From Candidatus Poribacteria bacterium (GTDB lineage Bacteria; Poribacteria; WGA-4E; UBA9662), in the NCBI GenBank assembly GCA_036339735.1, contig JAYZAL010000011.1:10157-74156 (forward strand): 64,000 nt of DNA, in the 5' to 3' direction. Of the stretch, positions 59,948 through 64,000 are shown one piece after another. The stretch's first letter is position 1; each line of letters begins with the position of its first letter. A program made the translations under genes and the position numbers. The notes beneath the pieces were generated by a model. That model worked only from the letters and a program-made list of their open reading frames with translations, was not told the DNA's origin and searched no databases.

Positions 59948-60790
59948 ATGATGCAAACTGATTCCCGTTGGCAAATGAGAATCGAAAATAGTTGTCTGTT
60001 TATTGATGATATCCGTCAGAAAAGAGTAATTTTACAACATAATGCTCGATCGGGCTTACGTCCTTATATTCATCCCCTTCGAACGATAGACGATACGGTC
60101 TGTTTGACTGAGGATAGTCCCGGCCATCACCCTTGGCAACACGGGGTGCAAACTGGTTTCCATGGTGTCAATGGATGTGATTTTTGGTTAGATCCTGGAC
60201 AGAATGCAAACCTACCAATCGGTAGTATAGAACCAATTTCGATTGGTATTATCGACCGGATTCATCCGAGTTGGACGATTGAAGCTATTTGGCGAAATAC
60301 TGAGGGGCAATCGTTGTTACTAGAACATCAGAATTGGTCGCTCGGTTTGGATAGTGCACATATGATTTTGGACCTTATCTGGAAATTACAGGCAATTTCT
60401 GATGTTCGTATCGAACAACATAGTTACGGTGGACTTTTTGTTCGGATGCCATTTCGGCAATATTACGAGGCCAGTGTTTTCAACTCAGCTGGACAACAAG
60501 GTGATGAAACAGAACAGCAACCAGCTCGCTGGGTAAGTCTACATATGCCGATAGAAGGCAGTAGCAAAGGTGGTGGTATTGCTATATTAGATCATCCAGC
60601 TAATCCTGACCATCCTGTCAAGTGGAGAGTCGACGGTCAACGTGGAATCAATCCTTCTCCTTGTATTAAGGAAGAGATGAATTTAGAAACTGGGGAGGCC
60701 GTTGCCTATCGTTATCGATTGGTTTTGCAGACTAAACCTTTGACTTTTGATCAATTAACTATCTTATGGGAGAAGTTTGCCCAAGTATGA
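59948..60790 (+). CDS. DUF6807 / PmoA-like hypothetical protein
   Basis: RPYIHPL, HHPWQHG, DFW, YGGLFVR, AILDHP.N..HP..W. Confidence 0.75.
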   Translation: MMQTDSRWQMRIENSCLFIDDIRQKRVILQHNARSGLRPYIHPLRTIDDTVCLTEDSPGHHPWQHGVQTGFHGVNGCDFWLDPGQNANLPIGSIEPISIGIIDRIHPSWTIEAIWRNTEGQSLLLEHQNWSLGLDSAHMILDLIWKLQAISDVRIEQHSYGGLFVRMPFRQYYEASVFNSAGQQGDETEQQPARWVSLHMPIEGSSKGGGIAILDHPANPDHPVKWRVDGQRGINPSPCIKEEMNLETGEAVAYRYRLVLQTKPLTFDQLTILWEKFAQV

Positions 60791-61644
60791 TTCAACCGGT
60801 GTTACAAGGTAAAGCTTTTTTAACAGATGTAGAAATAGCTAGAAAAGAAAAAGATGGGTTTCGGTTATGGTGGTTAGGACAAAGTGGATATTTATTGCAG
60901 TGGCAAAACCAACACCTTTTGTTAGACCCTTATCTATCTGATTCATTGACCAAAAAATATTTTCAGACTGATAAGCCACACATTCGAATGACCGAAATTG
61001 TAGTTTCTCCTTATCAGCTCAACTTCATTGATGGCGCGACCTCCAGTCATAATCACACCGACCATCTAGATGGGGAAACCCTAATACCATTGATGGAGGT
61101 AAATTCGGAAATTAAGATTATTGTACCAACTGCCAATAAATTTTTTGCCAGTAAACGTTTGCAAACTGGCCCTGAAAATCTGATTGGTCTGAACGATAAT
61201 CAATCAACCGCAATTGGTGGCTTTCAAGTATCGGCGGTACCATCTGCCCACGAAGAGTTAGAACAGGATAAAGACGGAAATCACCGTTATTTGGGTTACT
61301 TGATCGAATTTGATGATTGGACAGTTTATCACTCTGGTGACACGATGTTGTACGATGGGATAGTAGACATCTTGAAATCTTGGTCAATTGACGTTGCCCT
61401 TTTACCTATCAACGGGTCGGTGCCTGCCCGGCGGGTATCCGGCAATTTGGATGGTAAAGAAGCTGTTGAATTAGCTAAATCGATAGGTGCCAAATTGGTG
61501 ATTCCATGTCACTACCAGATGTTCACATTTAACACTGTTTCAACTGAGCTGTTTGTGAAGTCGGCTGAAACGACTGGTCAAGCCTACCAATTACTCCAAG
61601 CCGGGGAACGTTGGACATCAGACCAATTACCAAGTCGAGTATAG
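60787..61644 (+). CDS. MBL-fold metallohydrolase (UlaG-like)
   Basis: WWLGQSG, DPYLS, SHNHTDHLD, YHSGDT, LPING, IPCHY; ATGA overlap with the upstream stop. Confidence 0.88.
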   Translation: MIQPVLQGKAFLTDVEIARKEKDGFRLWWLGQSGYLLQWQNQHLLLDPYLSDSLTKKYFQTDKPHIRMTEIVVSPYQLNFIDGATSSHNHTDHLDGETLIPLMEVNSEIKIIVPTANKFFASKRLQTGPENLIGLNDNQSTAIGGFQVSAVPSAHEELEQDKDGNHRYLGYLIEFDDWTVYHSGDTMLYDGIVDILKSWSIDVALLPINGSVPARRVSGNLDGKEAVELAKSIGAKLVIPCHYQMFTFNTVSTELFVKSAETTGQAYQLLQAGERWTSDQLPSRV

Positions 61645-61679
61645 GACACCTCCTAATAACGGAGCCAACCTATCGGGAT

Positions 61680-62519
61680 TTAAGCATAGACTGTTAGACG
61701 ATCAGTATGCTGCATATTACAAGCCCATAAATGTTCAGCTTGGTAAATTCTGGGAGATTGGATCGGCTCAGTTGGTAGTTGCCAACTGGCATTATAATAC
61801 TGAATTAGTGGGATTATGTTTTGGTAGGCAATTCGGTCTTTTAGTTGATCACTACAGTCGGCTGTCTCGAGAATTTTTTGCAAGAATCGGTAGTCATAAT
61901 AAGGTAAATCTGCTCCAAAGATGATACGTTCTTGGCCAACTCTGTTGGCGAGAGCAGTGAAATCCCATTTGGACCCCCGCCCGTCCGGATATTGGACTAC
62001 TTCGAACCAGACATTATCAAATTTAGCCAAATTTTCGCTAGCATAGCTGCTGGCATGAACAATAAACTGTGCTTGAGGAAACATTTGAGCTATATTAACC
62101 ATCAATTGGTCATGCAAGTGTAAATTACAAAGACCCCCACGGGCAGCAGCTACCTCAATGAATGGGATCGCATCCTCTCTCACCGGTGGGTGGCCAACAA
62201 TACCTACTAAGTCCAATTCACTCATAGCACGTTCAACTTCTTCAACCCCTCTTTTGCCAAATCTAGGTTCGATCAGAGCTAAACCAATCGGAAAACGATC
62301 AGGAAAACTCTGGCAGGCTCGAGAAATGACCTGATTTTGGTCCCAAATATCATCAATTCCACGATTAATTGGACTACCAACGGCTGTTGGCATTGAGATA
62401 GCTGAATAGATATTAGTTTCGGCAAATCGAGCTAAACACATGGACGTATTCTGTCCAACTGGTGGCACTCGATTGATAGTCCGACCGATATGATTGTGGC
62501 AATCAATGTAAGGGCGCAT
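61680..62519 (-). CDS. Amidohydrolase_2 family protein
   Basis: IDCHNH, LH, VH, IIFGADLP. Confidence 0.78.
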   Translation of the reverse strand: MRPYIDCHNHIGRTINRVPPVGQNTSMCLARFAETNIYSAISMPTAVGSPINRGIDDIWDQNQVISRACQSFPDRFPIGLALIEPRFGKRGVEEVERAMSELDLVGIVGHPPVREDAIPFIEVAAARGGLCNLHLHDQLMVNIAQMFPQAQFIVHASSYASENLAKFDNVWFEVVQYPDGRGSKWDFTALANRVGQERIIFGADLPYYDYRFLQKILETADCSDQLKDRIAYQNIIPLIQYYNASWQLPTEPIQSPRIYQAEHLWACNMQHTDRLTVYA

Positions 62520-62546
62520 AATCTTATTCCTGTTTAATTTATTGGT

Positions 62547-63374
62547 TTAAACGTAAACTTGTGGTTGGCGTGGTAGTAAAGATTGGGGTTGCACAATTTG
62601 TCTGCGTTCCGGTGTTAGTCTTTCGAGTAATTCAGCTGATGGTTGATAACCATGCCTAAAATTGCCCCAAGATGGTCCGTATCGATATATCACAATTCGT
62701 CTGATACCTTCGTTGGTGCGCTTAGCCGAACCATGTGAAATACCATCCACAAATAGTAGTGCATCGCCGGCTTTCATGTAAACTTCGACTGCTCCTTCGA
62801 TACCATCGACGGATGAACGGTCTTGCCCCATAGAAAAGTCATCAAAGTAAGGGTGTTTAAAATTGGATTTGTGGCTACCCGGTATCAGCATTGTCCCTCC
62901 ATCACCAGGACCAATGTCGGTTAGAGCGATCAATATATTGACCTGACCACACATAAAGCGGCCACCATGATAACGGTATTGGTTCCTCATGATAGGTGGA
63001 AACCCTCCAGAGTGGAGCCCAATGGCTTCACCAGGTTCCCGGAAATTGGCCATATTTTCATCGATAAAAAGTGGACCGTGATGATAATCAAAAGTGCCAG
63101 ATCCACCAACAAAATGTTTGATTTTATCAATCCAAGCGGGATGATCAATCAGTTTCTCAAAAGGTTCGCCGGCTTCATAAATTTGTTGTAGATTTAAGCC
63201 GGTTTCTCCACCATAGCTATGTGCTTGAACATGTCCGTACCATTCACCTGGTTGCAAGAATGGGATCTGGTCCAAAGAATGATTTAGGACTTCGACTTCC
63301 TGGATTGACAAAGCCTGTTCCAATTGGACATAGCCTCGTAGGTCAAATAGATAAATTTCTAGATCGGTTGGCAT
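62547..63374 (-). CDS. PhyH-family Fe/2OG dioxygenase
   Basis: YLFDLRGY, LHSG, LTDIGPGDGGT..IPGSHKSN, AGDALLF...HG; ATG 63374 after GAGG. Confidence 0.87.
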   Translation of the reverse strand: MPTDLEIYLFDLRGYVQLEQALSIQEVEVLNHSLDQIPFLQPGEWYGHVQAHSYGGETGLNLQQIYEAGEPFEKLIDHPAWIDKIKHFVGGSGTFDYHHGPLFIDENMANFREPGEAIGLHSGGFPPIMRNQYRYHGGRFMCGQVNILIALTDIGPGDGGTMLIPGSHKSNFKHPYFDDFSMGQDRSSVDGIEGAVEVYMKAGDALLFVDGISHGSAKRTNEGIRRIVIYRYGPSWGNFRHGYQPSAELLERLTPERRQIVQPQSLLPRQPQVYV

Positions 63375-63418
63375 TTCCTCAACTGTCCTTTTTTGCTTAT
63401 TTGAGTATGATGTTCGTA

Positions 63419-63862
63419 TTAGCAAATACCAGTTATTAATGCTTGATATAAGCCTTGGGGTTGATTAGTTCCAATCCGGAACTTGTTGCCATCTTGATAT
63501 GTCAATTCTATAGCATCTAGCCCCGAAATGCTCCACATCCAGCCATGTGGTGTGAGGCGAATACCTAAACCATACCACCAAGCATTCCGTACGACTTCTA
63601 CTTGTAGGATCTGTTGACGTTGGATTTTTTTATTGATAAAACCAAACCCATAGGAAAGGAGAATTTCATCGGCATTAACCTTGACTTCCAAACACCAGAA
63701 AAGAGCACCTAGTAAAATGGTGAATGTACTCCAAAGCCAAATAAACCACCATGAATCGATAGTACTAGCGATCCAAATAAGATAGACGATGAAAACAAAC
63801 ATCATGACAAATATCCAAAGCGCTAATTGGCGATTTTGATAAATCATTTTCTGACATTCCAA
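63419..63862 (-). CDS. Small membrane protein with bacterial PH-like domain
   Basis: Two TMs followed by WWYGLGIR....W.ISGL.AIEL....K.FRIGT.QP..L. Confidence 0.7.
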   Translation of the reverse strand: MECQKMIYQNRQLALWIFVMMFVFIVYLIWIASTIDSWWFIWLWSTFTILLGALFWCLEVKVNADEILLSYGFGFINKKIQRQQILQVEVVRNAWWYGLGIRLTPHGWMWSISGLDAIELTYQDGNKFRIGTNQPQGLYQALITGIC

Positions 63863-63945
63863 CCCCTAACCATAAATCGTCATTTGGTTATAAATAAACT
63901 TAATCTTAGCTAATATACTATTCAATTACAAAGTCGAACAAAACA

Positions 63946-64000
63946 CTAATGAACTATTTTTTCAGCCATGGCAACATAAACAGGATCCGTATAAGTATCA
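63946..64000 (-). CDS. C-terminus of a gene entering from the right edge (possibly a class I methyltransferase)
   Basis: DTYTDPVYVAMAEKIVH-TAG; only 17 codons visible. Confidence 0.3.
   Translation of the reverse strand, partial: DTYTDPVYVAMAEKIVH

Noticed and set aside
59948-60790. Methane monooxygenase PmoA
   Set aside because: Soluble DUF6807-type protein often mislabelled PmoA; it has no TM helices and no pmoCB neighbours.
1-64000. Genome-wide UGA reassignment (genetic code 4 or 25)
   Set aside because: Many intact genes end normally in TGA (e.g. 185, 25265, 31444, 41826, 47484, 60790), Trp is TGG, and long genes have no internal TGA.
1-64000. tRNA-Sec, other tRNA/rRNA, CRISPR arrays, IS elements, prophage
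   Set aside because: None recognised by eye in the intergenic gaps. The sel machinery must lie outside this window if present; tRNAscan-SE/Infernal would be needed to exclude small RNAs.

Overview
Gene-dense, AT-rich bacterial chromosome segment, most consistent with Candidatus Poribacteria. This is an inference from the NYPNPFNxETWIP C-terminal domains, the dockerin and FGE-fold secreted proteins, and the expanded PhyH dioxygenases and Gfo/Idh/MocA oxidoreductases. It mixes housekeeping genes (tmk, holB, uvrC, trpF, argG, maf, mutS, glnS, mtnP) with many catabolic, secreted and uncharacterised proteins. No rRNA, tRNA, CRISPR array or mobile element was recognised. The main hidden feature is a minus-strand locus at ~36.5-37.9 kb. 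Three short ORFs in the track are one reading frame: a tandem two-domain BCP/PrxQ-type peroxiredoxin in which both peroxidatic Cys positions are in-frame UGA codons (predicted double selenoprotein). Each UGA is followed, at identical spacing, by the same small hairpin. The upstream FmdB zinc-ribbon gene may carry a third Sec UGA. Other notable items are a pseudokinase-TPR-coiled-coil-TPR giant, paralogous PhyH-HEAT fusions, a TPR/FGE/dockerin secreted cluster, an ABC ATPase coupled to a duplicated YibE/F protein, and several operator-like palindromes.
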